Shown here in pieces: positions 47,517 through 60,911 of a stretch of 60,911 nt of DNA. How positions within the stretch are numbered: position 1 is the stretch's first letter; every line of letters begins with the position of its first letter. The stretch lies in NCBI GenBank assembly GCA_001642005.1, contig LWCA01000069.1:1-60911 (forward strand), read 5' to 3'. Source of the DNA: Intoshia linei (lineage: Eukaryota > Animalia > Orthonectida). The position numbers were made by a program, and so were the translations under genes. Below the pieces are notes generated by a model. It searched no databases. It was not told the DNA's origin and saw only the letters and a program-made list of their open reading frames with translations.

Positions 47517-50500
47517 ATGAAATTGATGAATATATCAAAGAGTAATTTTAAAAAAATAAGTTTTTATTTTGAAAATTTAGTCTTTGTGAAAGCTATTACA
47601 TAAAATCCAACATATGCAAATCTAAATACCTGAGAATTTTAGTTGATAAATATTTAACCGTGAAAAACTTTGCTATGAATATGGTAATAAACTTTTAATT
47701 GGTTTTTTGATATTTCAAGTAGAACACTACTGAATATGCAATGATATCTTTGCTTTTAAATTTGGCTTGCTCGGTTAAAGATGAAGTAAACTACGAAAAT
47801 TTTAAAAAATTTGATGAAGTACAAAATGATTTATCTGAATCTGATAGCACTCAAAGTTCACCAACGAAAAAAGAGTTGATTTATGAAAAATATTTTTCTT
47901 CAACTTCAACATTAAGTTCTGATGTTCTATCTGATTATGAACCGCAAGGTTCAGATCAAGAGACTACATTTTGCGAACAGTCAGAAATTATAGAAATTGA
48001 TAAATCGCAAGAAATTAATGACGATTCTTTGAAACTGGAAGAAAATTTAATCGAAATTAAGCGTTATTGGGACAAAAACAATAATAATGTGACCATACAA
48101 GAAAATGTTGTAATTAGAGAGTGTATTTGGTATTTATTAGGCATAAACAAAAATTTCAATTCTAATTCAACACGCTTAAATATTTATAAATTGGAATATC
48201 AAACACTTCAATCTTACTTGTTGCAATTTAAAAAAGTATCTGAGATGCGAGAATGTATTAATTCTATTCGAAGTAGTATTTATATTCAGTTAAATTATAA
48301 AATGAACCCCACCATTTATGCTAAAACCATTATGGATATTGTTTATGCTTCTTATGAATGCATCAATCATTATTCTTCTCATTTGTTAAATTTAGAAATT
48401 AATATTTCTAAATACAACTGTAATGCAAATTTTTTAAAATTAGAAAAATTGTGGCTCCAGTATAAATATGTAATTGAAATTTTTCATCCTATTTATCTAC
48501 AACTTTTGGATTACTTGAAAAAGTATTCGTTATTGGAATTTAATGATAGTTTTCAGATTATTAAATCTACCTTTATAGTAAATTTATTGTCTCGATTGTA
48601 TAAAAACCTCCAAAGTAAGAGCATTTTATCTGGTTATAATTCAGAACAGTCTTATATTAACTGTGCAATGAATTGTCTCGTTTTCACCTTTTTATATTCT
48701 CTAAAGTGTTATTTCAATATTATTGAATATTGGTTGTTTTCAGGGTGTTTAAAAGATGAATATAATGAATTTTTTGTAGAAAGGTAACTTACATATTTTT
48801 CGAATTGTAAAGAATTTAATTTAACAGTTTAGAATACGACAAGAAACTTTACAAATTTCTCCCAATAATACAAACTGCTATAAATTTACTACCAACATTG
48901 AAGAATTACCTTTTTTTGATATTTTAAAATATAATATCATTGATGCCGTAAGCGAGATTAATGTAGTTGAAACAAACCAAACGATAAATCAATATACACG
49001 ATTCATTTCTACCATTAATTTAACAGGTTTCCCAATAATTTATACATGTCATGAATCTTAACATATAATTGAGATTTTACCACATTTTTTTAAAAACTCT
49101 GCATTTATCTATCTATTTTTAAGGGAAATTGTTTAAACTGATTTAATTCATTTTAGATGACATGTACAGCAAATTTATTAAAAAGTTTTGTGAAAATTTA
49201 ACTTTCATTGAAACTGGTAATTGCAAGGAAAATTATGATACAATTAATAACATTGAGGATTTAAAAAAAAAGTAAGTTGTTTTATTTATCATTATAAAAT
49301 GAGAATATTCTTAAACCCAACCATTTTTACTAAAATCCAAGCATTTTTACTAAAAATCCACTTTTACAAACCCCTAAGAAAAAATCTCAATTTTACCAAC
49401 CCTTATGGGAAAACCCACTTTTACCAACCTTTAATGGAAAAATTCGGTTTTAAAAGCCTTTTAGGGAAAATTCCAGTTTTACTAACTTTTAAGGGAAAAA
49501 TGGATGAAGAACTTTAAACTGGAATTTTCCCTGAAGGGTTTTTAAAACCGAATTTTTCCTTTTAGGGTTAGTAAAACTGGATTTTTCCTTTTAGTGTTGA
49601 TAAATGTTGATTTTTAGTAAAAATGCTTGGATTTAAGTAGACACCCTTATAAAATAATTTATACAGGATTTTCTCGGAGTCTGTGGAAATTATATTGGAA
49701 AGAAAAACCATTTCAATAATCATGTTAGAAACTATATCTGATATTATAAATATGAAGATTGATAATGTCAAGAGAAATTGTTTAATGCTAATTCGTGAAA
49801 ATCATGGTCATTTATTGGATAAGTTTATTTTGTATTTGGTATATAATTATTTTTATTCAATACACCTGGTATGGCCAAGTTAGTATTCACCAATATCCAT
49901 TTTTTATCAATATAACTGACTAAAATTTAATTATAACAATTCAATCCTAAACTATTAAATTAAGCCTCTGCAACTTTTAAAAATTTTTGAAACTCTTCAG
50001 TTATCCAAAAATACTCAAAAATAATTTGTGTATATATTTATAAATACAACTATAGCTTATCGAAAGTAGTAATGCCGCACTTTGCCACCTATATGTGTTT
50101 TAAACCTGTTTAAATGTATAAGTGTATAATATAGGAAATATTTACTTGTACAAAGATAAATGTATCAGATATATTTTTGCAGAGATTGTATCGATGTGTA
50201 ATATTTTATTTATTTATTTAAATTATAATATAGATTGGTTCCGACCATTTTACCTTTAGATCTTCAAAAATTCATATAAGAAATATTATAAATGTAGCTC
50301 TATCCGATATTAATTGCAAGTATATTGAATTTTGCATTAAATATACATTTTTAACAGATATTATCGAGATGTTTTATTAGAAAATATTGAAAAATGTGAT
50401 GAAACACTTGACGTCATTGATAATTTAAGAATGATTACTATAAAAGTGAACGTAATATAAAATTTAAAAAATTATATTGATTATAATCATTGTTCCTGGA

Positions 50501-51350
50501 GGAAATACTGACAAAATTTCAGAAAATTACTCAAATAATGCAGGGGACTAATAATTAAAACTATGAAACACCCTTATCAAAGTGATGTCAAATCATCAAT
50601 TTATTTTTATTAATAATATATTTAATTAGTTGGACACTTGGTTTCTAAATTCAATTTTTGATAATGATATACTGTCAAAATACAATGATTGCTTTAGTTT
50701 TATGACTTGTCTTAATTATGCTAGATTTAAGTCAATTGGAATCAATCACCTTAAAAAATGTAATTTTTTATAAAATTTTGAAAACTTTTTTTATTCGTAG
50801 CACTCAATCCAACAAAATATGATAATTTATTAAATTTATTGCAATACAAGTTGTACGATTTTTTCCAGGGATTATCATTTTTCGTCTATTATCATGTAAT
50901 ATTATTTAATTACATGATGTATATATTTTTATTAAAATTGAAAACTATTAAATTTTTATAATAAAATCTCCGTAAAATCTAATTTCTATGTAACAATGTT
51001 ACATCCCATTATAAATCATGTATATATGTTGAGTCTTTTATTTTAATAATTTAGATAATTGAACATTACAAAAAGGAAATGACAAAAAAAATTGAAACAT
51101 GTGAAACACTTTTAACTATTATAGATGCCCACAAAACATTTATTTGTAGCATACACACATTAATGTTATTGCATGAGGAAAAATTTATTGAATCAGTCAT
51201 TGATATCATAAAATTAGTTCCAAAAGTAAAAAAGTGTCGAATAAAAAGAAACGATGAAGAGTAATTTAATCTTATATCATATTATGTTGCCGTCATATTA
51301 CATTTTCAGTCATTTTTTTATTTCAGGGAATTTGAGAATACGGCTTATTA
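47517..51350 (+). CDS. TUBGCP5: Gamma-tubulin complex component, GCP5-like; both ends approximate
   Basis: ISLLLNLA, acidic S/D region, YW...VTIQENVVIRECIWYLLG (cf. VTETQVIRETLWLL.G), WLFSGCLKDEYNEFFVER, W..V..SIF....LSKYNDCFSF, IIDAHKTFI.SIH. Confidence 0.75.
49310..49637. mobile_element. Foldback-like palindromic element built of ~30-bp subrepeats, in GCP5 intron (partial relatives ~51475-51510 and ~51615-51680)
   Basis: Arms cttaaacccaaccatttttactaaaa / tttttagtaaaaatgcttggatttaag; repeated unit ttttaccaaccc..a.ggaaaa on both strands. Confidence 0.75.
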
Positions 51351-52145
51351 ACGGTTTCACATTTTTTCGTTTTATTTTTAAAATCACTTGAAATTTATAT
51401 AAAAAACATTTAAAAAAATTGTTTATCATCAAATGTTATACTAGAGGCTTTAGTTTAGACCCATAAATAAACGAACCCTTAAGAAAAAATTCCACTTAAT
51501 ATCTCTATGGAAAACTAACTGGAATGTTTTGTTTGCATAGACCGATCTTATTCAATACCCAAAATTAGATTAGTTAAATTAAATTAAAAGAGTTTTAGAA
51601 TCGTATGTCATATTTGTTAAAAGTAGAATTTTCCATTAAGGGTTGGTAAATTTTGATTTTTAGTAAAAATGTTTGGATTTTTTAAATTATTTGAAATATT
51701 TGTAAAAATTTTTGTATGATTAATATGTAAACCATTCGATTTTTTGAAATTTTGGAATGATTCATTGGATGTGAAACCGTTAATTAACTTTGATAAGTAA
51801 AAGATATACAAAACCATGTTACCTTTTATTCTGTATATAATGATTATTACTTGTAATTAAATTTTTCTCAAAAGATTTGATAAAATTCTTAATTACCCTA
51901 AAATTACAGAATGGCTGAAATTTCTATAGTTATAATTAATGAAAATTTATTAGTGTTGTGGAATTATGTATAGAATTTGATAAAATGTTATGCAATTTAA
52001 ACAATTCTGCTTCAAACCTTTTGGAAAAATACCACCAAGGTTCAAATCAAAATAAAAATAAAATTTACTTTTTTAGACGATTCAGTCCTCAATTTTTTAT
52101 TTAATTGAATAAAGCTTTGCATGTTTATTTACATAAATTACAAAT

Positions 52146-53063
52146 TTACGTTTTCTGTAATGAGCTTAATATACCGCTAATGTCTGATAAATTCAATAAT
52201 TGTCTAATTGTATTTATTACTGAAACATGGGCGTTGCAATATAATTTATTTTTCCAAAATCTTATTTTTTGTATAGGTGGTCTAGCTTCACCATTCCCAT
52301 TTCTACCATCATTACCAATTTTTCCAAATGGACCAGTTTCATGGTATCTTTCTCGTAAATTGCGTAAAGTCCATTCTTTATTTTTTTCTCGTTCCGATTT
52401 GTAAATGTAATTTTCACGAATCATTAAAATTTGAATATCATTAGGATTATTAATTTCAATATTTTGTAGTCCTTTGATATGAACAACTTGTATTTTATAT
52501 TTATCTCTCTTCACAGCTTTCAAGACTTGATATATTTTACCAGTATTAATTTTCAATTGATCATCTGTTAGTGAGGCGATTTGAAATGCCAATGAGTCAA
52601 AAGAATTTGATGAAATTATATCATTACATTGCACCGATATTACGTCAGATACGCAAGTCAAATCATTGGTGCTGACATTGCAACTTTTGGTTTCTTGGTC
52701 ATATGATGGTTTGACTGTTTTAACAAAATTATGACTTACGGTACAGTCAACAACAATAGAATCAAAAATGCTAACATATGCTCCAGGGATAACTGTTTGA
52801 TCGTTTACTTTTAATGTTGCCTGTTGGTTTTGTATACCAGGAATCAAGCATTTCAGTGGTTGACACGATCCAGGAGTCATAGTAGCACCATTTATGAATC
52901 CGAAAAATTCATTTCCATTTAAAATATATTTATCATTGCAAATTAACCTTGTCACACCTTGGGTTTGTGTAGCTTCTTGTCGACTATTCGGGATTTCACA
53001 TATGGGACAATCCTGACTAATTATTCCATTTAATAGGAAAAATAGACTAGCAATTTTGAACAT
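52146..53063 (-). CDS. Intronless secreted Cys-containing protein, possible divergent sushi/CCP-like modules; function unknown
   Basis: 305-aa ORF; signal peptide MFKIASLFFLLNGIIS; C..C.IPNS...LICNDKYILNG...GSCQPLKCLIPG pattern. Confidence 0.75.
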   Translation of the reverse strand: MFKIASLFFLLNGIISQDCPICEIPNSRQEATQTQGVTRLICNDKYILNGNEFFGFINGATMTPGSCQPLKCLIPGIQNQQATLKVNDQTVIPGAYVSIFDSIVVDCTVSHNFVKTVKPSYDQETKSCNVSTNDLTCVSDVISVQCNDIISSNSFDSLAFQIASLTDDQLKINTGKIYQVLKAVKRDKYKIQVVHIKGLQNIEINNPNDIQILMIRENYIYKSEREKNKEWTLRNLRERYHETGPFGKIGNDGRNGNGEARPPIQKIRFWKNKLYCNAHVSVINTIRQLLNLSDISGILSSLQKT

Positions 53064-53199
53064 TAAATTTGAAAAAATGTAAATATTTACTTAGAAAAAT
53101 TTATTTTACAAATTACTGTATATTCATTTGGGCAAAATAATTTATTTTAGCATCTTTGTATTTGTATTCATAATAACTAAATTTATAATTTAGAAAACT

Positions 53200-54517
53200 T
53201 ATATAAAATAGATAATTCCATTTAACCAAATGTAGCATATTGTCCCAAAAATATTTACTAATATAATAAATCACTACCATTTTTTTATTATACATTTCAT
53301 ATGCGTACCCAAAATGATCAATTCAATAATTTTTATCGAATTTTTAAGTTCCCGTTACAGTTAACAGTTTATTTTTTGGGTAACAAAAATAGTAAATCCA
53401 CAGACTAAATAAAATGTCTAAAATTTAAATTACAATCTGTCTTCTTGGAGTTTATGAATGTATTTGGAAATATATTTTTCAAAAATAGAACAATACAGCA
53501 ACAATATCAAGGTGGCTGTCCAATATTGATTCATCGCAAGGGACAAAATAATGCTAAATGATATTGACGTATACAGCCATTTGAAATGTTTACTCTAAAT
53601 GAAATGGTGAAAAGTTTTTTAAAATTGAATATCAATACGGGTATACCCACGGATTAAAGGTAACTGCATAAAAATATTACTTTATACATGTAACTCAGTG
53701 GTTCTCAAGTCATTATTTTAATATATTACTTTGTATAAAAATTTTAGGGTCTGCGACATGTAAATTGTAATAATTTAAAATTACAAATTGATAGTGGCAA
53801 ATTAGAGCAGGACATACATCATAAATAAAAAAACTCCATATCATTAATGTAAACACTTGTGTAGAATTGATAAGCCGGGAGGCTAGACAAGTACAAGCGA
53901 ACATTGCTGCATTTAAAGATAACGCTCTTGAAGTGCTAAATGTTGAAAATGAACATTAATTTGTTGATTACTAATTGGAAAGCATGCCATAATCTCTTGT
54001 AAGGAGACTTATTACCATAAATATTACAAATCCGAGCCAAATCGTATCAGTTGAAATCGATCGTGTTAATGAAGAAATGATAGATGAAAGTAGTAATTGG
54101 TACGTAATTATACTTATTTGAGAATGTAAATTATAAATTGAATCTACAAATACAAAATAAAAATAATTCAAAACCTATACTCACCCCATTTATACAAAGT
54201 AAATCTAAATATAACCGTTAAACATATTCCTACAAAGCTAGTCATTTTAATTGTAGCAAAATCTGGATTATGCAGTATAAACCAATAAATTGCTATAAAT
54301 ACATAAACTCTAAAATAAAAATAAATATATAAAAAGGTTTAGTACTACAGTGAAATATGTAAAAAACAAATTCGTGACCCCTTTAAAATGTCACTCAGGG
54401 TAAATTCCTTTACAAAAGGTAAATTATTTTTTGCTATACGGCGTTTACCTATAAATTATATAGTGTATTTATATTTTTCATACTTGTCATTCCTGTGCAA
54501 TTATTCAAAAATTGCAT
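53200..54517 (-). CDS. PIGC: GPI-GlcNAc transferase subunit C (PIG-C/GPI2); both ends uncertain
   Basis: SSLTRSISTDTIW...TRDYG and LSLNAAMFACTCLASRL match PIG-C (LTESVSTDTI...DYG; LSLN.A.FASVCLASRL). Confidence 0.85.
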
Positions 54518-54642
54518 AAGTCAATAGCAATATTGCATATATGTAAATGTCTGAATTAGACTGAATCGATCATTCGGTGACTATCCATTTCATAAATAAT
54601 AAATAAAGATTAAATCTTATTATATCCATAAAATATATAATT

Positions 54643-57600
54643 ATGAATATATTTTTATGGAGAATTTGTGCGATTTTTCTTATTAAATTTATTGATGCAG
54701 TATTCAATTTAGAACCAAACAGTGTATCACTTGTAAATACTATTGAAAAACATATTCTGTTTGGTTATTCCGCAGAATTTCACAAATTAGAGAACGAATC
54801 ATATTATCGATTGATTATTGGGGCACCCAAGGCAAGAATAATTAATCAAACTTCAAAAATAGGGTTAGGAGATATTTATAGTTGTATATGGAAAATTAAC
54901 AGATGCAAACAATTAAACGTTTTATCATCTTTGGCTGATACAGAATACGTAAACCTTGAAAAAAATTTGAATTATTTCTTTGGTTATCAAATTAAAAGTC
55001 ATTCGTCAACTCAACAAGGTGACCTAATAATATGTGCTCCACGATACGAACAAAACAATTTAAATTTAAATCCTAGGATGACTGGTTTGTGTGTATCTCT
55101 AAATAATGTACTTGATGATATAGTGGACATATTTGAACCTTGCAATTCCAAACCACTGACCGGTGATTACCTGGATTTTGGTCAATGCCAGGCTGGTTGG
55201 AGTTTAGACATTTCGAGAAACGGTGATATGCTGATTGGTGCACCGTCTTCAGAAGCATGGAGGGGTGCCGCATTTTACTCTGAGTACAACAATGAAACTG
55301 AAAATTATGATGCTTATGTGACGAGTCCAGGAAAAATCAATTCTGATATGTATTTTATTTTATATTAATGAATATACTTTATTTAGACCTCATCCTACTG
55401 ATTTTATGGGTTATTCTTTAAGTTTTGCTAATTCAAAGCAACTAACTGGAACCATCTTTGTTTCAGCACCTGGAGCATATTCATATCGGTCTGGAAGTGT
55501 ACACGTTTATTTTAAAAATTCAAAGAATGGAACCGTATTTACTCCAATAAATACAATCGATGGTGAAAATCGTTTATCATTTTTTGGCCATTCTATAAAA
55601 TCTGCTGATTTTAATGGAGATGGTTTTCCAGATTTAGCAGTTGCAGATCCTTATTATTTTAACGAAAATTCGGGCGGAGCTGTCTTTATCTATCTCTATA
55701 ACCCTGAAACAAATTCAATAAATGATAAACCGAAATTTAAAATTTCTCCATTGCGCAAAACTAATTGTTATTTATTCAATTGTGTACTTCCAAAATTTGG
55801 CTATTCTATACAATCTGCTGATTTTGACCTTGATGGATACGATGGTATTTTTTAATTCAAGTATTTTAATCGCGAAGAAATTCTGTTAACATATTTTTAA
55901 AATATAAATTAATTATTTAAGAATAACAATACAAATCGTGTGTGACACTGTAATTCATAAAGTGAAAATTCTGTATATAGACGTGGAAATAACTTCATGC
56001 ATACTAAAAAAAATTAGAAAAAAGTATCGGTATATTTTGGATCGATTTAAATTTTTTTGCGATAGAATATTGGACACTCATGCTTTTACTAAGATTGTTA
56101 TGTCTATATATTTAATGACATTAGTTTACTGCCTTTTCATTTTTTAAATTTTGATGGATAAAAATTTTCGGATAAATCATCAACCCTAATAAGAACTTGT
56201 TAAAATGTAAATGATTTGATGAATATTATTAATACAAACATTATTATTATTATTATAAAAAAAAATATATATATATATCTTCAATAGTACGGTTATAAGT
56301 AGTGGTGCGTTTTCATGGGATCTATTAACCGTCTAATGCAGTGGTTCTCAAACTTGGGTCCGCAAGTTTAAATAAAATTTTGAATTATTTAATTCAATAT
56401 TCATAATTTCTCTATTATACGAGCTATAATGTGTTTGAAATTCTAATTAAACCTCAATTTAGAACATAGACTTTAATTTATTTGGGGGTCCGCGAGCAAA
56501 ATTAAAATTAAAAATTGACTAAAAAGTCAAAAAATTTAAAAAGTTTGAGAACCCCTGGTCTAATGCGACGTGTGCCATTATAAATGTTTTATGAGTATTA
56601 TATATATTATCACAATAAAATTTAGATTTGATAGTTGGAGCACCTTATGCAAATGAACAAAATGGATTGGTTTACGTGTACCGAGGTTCAAACGATGGTT
56701 TGGATGTATTGAATGTTAAGAAATTATTCACTTCTCAGTTCACGAACAGTAGTTTTTCTAAATCAACATTTGGTCAATTTCTTTCCACTCCAATTGATAT
56801 AGACGGAAATGGATATCCAGATATTGGTAATTTGATTTTATAAACATACATTTGAAACTTTAGCTATAAGTGCCCCCGGTGTAGAAAATGTTTACATTTT
56901 TCGTTCAAGACCGGTATTAACTTTGAATATTGAATGGAAATCAAAACAAGAAATTCTTAAATTGGATGTAAAACCATACGAAATTACGTTTTGTGCAATA
57001 TTAAATCTTAGCCATGCAGCCAAAATTGATATAAATTATTTGTAATTATTGCTTTTTTGTTTTTTTTAAAAAAATTAGAGCGAAATTTGTGGGTAAAATG
57101 AAATTTAAAATATCTGTTGACCTCAAATCCCAATTGAAAAGATTTTTGTTTAAAAACGGAAATTACGTACTGGAAGGAAATATTGAATTCTTCAATACCA
57201 CCAAGATCTGCCAATCTTTTTCGATCTCCCAAAATGTAATACCATCATTTTTCATTATTATAATTATCGTATTTAGAATAAAATTCAAGATGTCTATTCC
57301 GAATTAGAATTTGAATTGAGCTTAATTCCTAGTGAAATTTCTTATCCTAATCAGTTGGCTGAAAATTTTATTGGTATAAATGATTATCCCGTGATTGATC
57401 CACGCACTCTTCTGCATACATTTAAGGTGATAATATATCTTTTATAAAAAATTTATATTTGAGTTTTGTTCATAACAGGGAAAAAACCTTATAGTTAATT
57501 TTTAAACGTATTTGGCAGTATGATGGTATGAAAATTTGTAGAAATACAAAAAAATGTTTGAATTTATATCAAGTATCCTATATAATAACAATATATCCAT

Positions 57601-59860
57601 GTTATCGTAACTAACAGGACGGGGATTATTTTGCTGGTCAAACGTTTTTTAAACGGAAAAATTTGGTTCGAGGTTATAGTTTTCCATCTCTGATATACAT
57701 CTTCCTTTAGGGTTGTGGAAAGGGGTGCTAGAGACATATCGATGAGCCTACAATCATGAAAGCCCTACTTTGTAAATTTATTAATGAGTAATGTTGGAAA
57801 ATTCTCAAATATACCAAAAAGAGATATATTGATGGGAAACTTATTCTAACTATAAATTACTGATTAACTAACTAAGGCTGTATTTAAATTTTATTATGTC
57901 TCTTAATTTTTTAAAAAATAGATTGCTCTAATTAATTTTAATTAAACGTAAAAAAAATATATTTATCATGTTTTTCTAACGATTGTTAACATTACTTTAA
58001 TTATGATTAAATAATAGATTTGTTGCTTTTTATTCGGCCTCCAGTTTATTTATTTTGATATAATCCGGACCATGAGTTAAAAAAAATTGTGGACACTGCC
58101 GTAAACTATTAATTTATTTACATTATCTCTTATTTTCTAAAATAATTTCCCTTCCTGCTCTATACTGTCCTATTTCTATAACTAAACTTTTTATAATTGT
58201 GAGTCAAATTACTGTGAAAAAGTATAAGTTAATTAATGCTATACAGATCATTAAAAAAATGTTGAAAAATTGAAGATAAATATTGGTATTATTGAAAAAC
58301 TGACAGTTGTTCGTGAAGAGGGGATATGATCATATGACGGGGTCCCGATCATTACGACCCTACTATTCTAAATTAATGAGTTATATTAAAAAATTTTCTT
58401 ATAATGGAGGAAAAATGGCAACTTCTGGATTAAATAATTGATAGGGAATCAAAACAATTTTTTTATTTGTATATAGGACCACTGTTTGCGTCCACATGTC
58501 TAATTGATCGTCCACTGTAATAACTTATATATAAAATTTATAACAATATACAATATAACAATGTATATTTAATTTCCATTTTGGGTTGTATGTTATACTG
58601 TATAAATAGATGCATTACAAGAGAAATTGCGAAAACGATAATGTGTGTAATGCAGATATAATTTTAGATTATAACGTTCAAAATGTTCTGTAAGCTTCAA
58701 TTATTCATGATTAATTTAATTTAGATATGAAGAAGAAAAATATAATTATATTTTTGGAACACATGATCATCTTATTTTTGATATTACTGTAACAAATAAC
58801 CAACAAGAGGCTCATGGTAATCAGTTAGTTGTTATAATTCCGGAAGGAGTTCAATTTTCAGCTATTAATGTGGATGAATCATCTGTAAGATTTTCTGAAA
58901 TTTAACCAATTCATGAAACATGTACCGGTGACTTAATCGATAGTGAACTGGGTTGAATTCACCTTTACAATCATTAGTAATGGCTCATTACGTTTCATGT
59001 GTTTAATATTAACATGTAAATATATTATACGGGTAACCATTACTGAGATATACGACACTAAGCGGTTAAATATTTTGAATCTTTTTAAAAAATGATATTA
59101 ATGAAGGAACCTGTACTTTAAATTAGAAAAAATTGGAATAATGAAAAATATATAATCATATTATCTAATTTAGTGGTTAATTTCGCATTGTCATACATTA
59201 AAGTCAAATAAAGCTACGTGTAGTTTACCAAATTTAAACAGAAAAGAGCAAATTGTCAAATTTAATATAAAAGTAAACATTTTTAGTTACATAAAAAAAA
59301 AGCGCATTGAATTTATCTTTTACACAAACACGTATGCATTTTATTATTTTTATTTAATGTTAAGTTATTTAGGAGCAGTGTTGATATAAACCCTCAGAAT
59401 AATTATGTTGTGGTACCAATATATCTTCGGCACATCGCAGAAATTGATATTCAGTCGTATATATTTTTTAATTTAATCTTTGATGAAATTAGAATATTTT
59501 ACTTTAAAACAATTTAGTGATTCTATTCCAAAGAGATTATATTACGACGAATCATACGATAAAATACCAGATAATTATGACACAGAAAAAATAAATACAA
59601 TGACTGTTCCTATTTTACATGTTATTAAGGTACTTTGGTATTATTTAGCATTTGGTCACATTTATAATTTCCTTTCATAGATTATAAACAAAGGTCCTTC
59701 AACTGCTAAAAATTTAAATGTGTTGATTAGATATCCTTATTCACTTTATACTGATGAAAATAAAAATCGATTCATATATTTCACTAAAAATCCAACAGTA
59801 GTTTATATTTTTTTATGTAAATTTAATTTTAGATTAATAAACCAAACTATTGCAAATTTG
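54643..59860 (+). CDS. Integrin alpha subunit; TM and cytoplasmic exons lie beyond the window
   Basis: Signal peptide + FNLE; FG-GAP repeats (FGYS..IIGAP, CAPRY, CQAGWS..IGAP, DFNGDGFPDLAV, DFDLDGYD.LIVGAPY, DIDGNGYPD), SRPV, genu CENDNVCNAD, and INKGPST. Confidence 0.93.
56339..56557. mobile_element. hAT (Buster-like) MITE in integrin intron
   Basis: Perfect TSD gtctaatg; TIR cagtggttctcaaact / agtttgagaacccctg. Confidence 0.85.
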
Positions 59861-60082
59861 ACGTATATTATATTCACACATATTTTGTTAATAAATGACA
59901 TATTTTTTATTCATTAATTATAATTATGTTAATGGTATTAATGGGATCGATTACGGTGGATTTAAATTGCATTGATGCTGTCACGTTTATAATTTCATGA
60001 CAAATGACATATACACTTTGTTTTGGTTCTATTTCCAAAAAGGGGTTTAAAAATATTTTGTATTTCTAAATTCACCTTTAAC

Positions 60083-60860
60083 TAGTGCGACCATAAGTAC
60101 GTTATTTTATAAAAAATACGTTATTGGCACAGTGCCAATAACGTACTAAATAAAGTTATGAATTTAAATTTTATATTACAAATTTTGTTATTTATATAAC
60201 TTTTACTTATTTTTACGTATCTATAGTATATATTTTAACATAAACCATTCAAATTCAATATTTATCACCATTCTACTTTGTTATTAATAAAACTTAACGT
60301 TAATTGGATCAACATACAAAAATGTATCACAATTTATAACAAAATAAATTTAATTAACTAGATAAATCGAGATGAAATGTTTAATGAATTTGTTGCAGTT
60401 GATTTATGTTTAAAAAATTCTCCTATTATTCCTCCTTGGAAGGATTTGTGTGATAATATCGATACTAATGGATTCAAAAAATTAATCCAGTTTTATTATT
60501 CTCTAAATTGCTCAAATACATATATAGAAAGAGTATTTAGTGTTACTAACATTTATTGGACAGAACATAAATCCAACCTTAGCTTAAAAACATTAAAATC
60601 TGTCATTTTACTTGGAGAAAATTCAAAGGAAAAATGTACTAATGTTTATACAAAATTTGTTAAACGACATTGAAATTTGTAAAAACATTAATTCTAGCAA
60701 TAAATATAATTAATATATATTTCATTTTCAGCAATTACTCGTGTTTATGATAAATTTTATGTCTCAATTTGGTTATTGTTTAGTTACACAATTTTTTTAA
60801 TATATTTTTTAAATTTTTGTTCATAAGCAATATTAGTACGTTTTTAGTTAGTGTGTCTAA
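60083..60860 (+). mobile_element. Internally deleted hAT element with C-terminal dimerisation-domain remnant (ORF 60377-60673)
   Basis: SLNCSNTYIERVFS....WTEHKSNLSLKTLKS matches the hAT C-terminal SNAxxERxFS motif; left end tagtgcgaccat with agtacgtt subterminal motifs. Confidence 0.75.
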
Positions 60861-60911
60861 GTACTCATAAATACCATAGATAATTTTAGTCAATATTTTA
60901 CTTGTAATTTT

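Overview
Very AT-rich (visually ~75-80% A+T) eukaryotic, clearly animal, DNA. It holds compact genes split by many ~33-45 nt GT-AG introns, and the long introns and intergenic gaps are packed with non-autonomous DNA transposons. By inference the architecture resembles a reduced invertebrate parasite genome such as an orthonectid or dicyemid; this is not provable from the window. Gene order, from hand-splicing: HYDIN exon fragment(+), OTUD7/Cezanne-type deubiquitinase(+), atypical soluble guanylate cyclase(+), TRAP-beta(+), DHX8/PRP22(+), MED16-like(-), LysM-TM protein(-), MTBP-like(+), class A GPCR(-), NCKX exchanger(-), PRPF40(-), pogo remnant, SWEET1(+), NIT2(+), GCP5(+), intronless secreted orphan(-), PIG-C(-), and an integrin alpha(+) that runs off the window. 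The most notable observations are four. (1) A 329-bp near-identical copy of an NCKX exon/intron segment is inserted 8 kb away between 29-bp direct repeats. (2) The cyclase has an O2-type H-NOX (distal Tyr) but only half of the catalytic residues. (3) The LysM gene and MED16 are only ~65 bp apart, and an intron-like 34-mer in the spacer would put them in frame. (4) Buster-type hAT MITEs (nnnTAnnn TSDs) account for many of the long introns. I found no unambiguous new multi-gene system. Family calls rest on remembered motifs, not database searches, and exon boundaries were read by eye and are approximate where stated.
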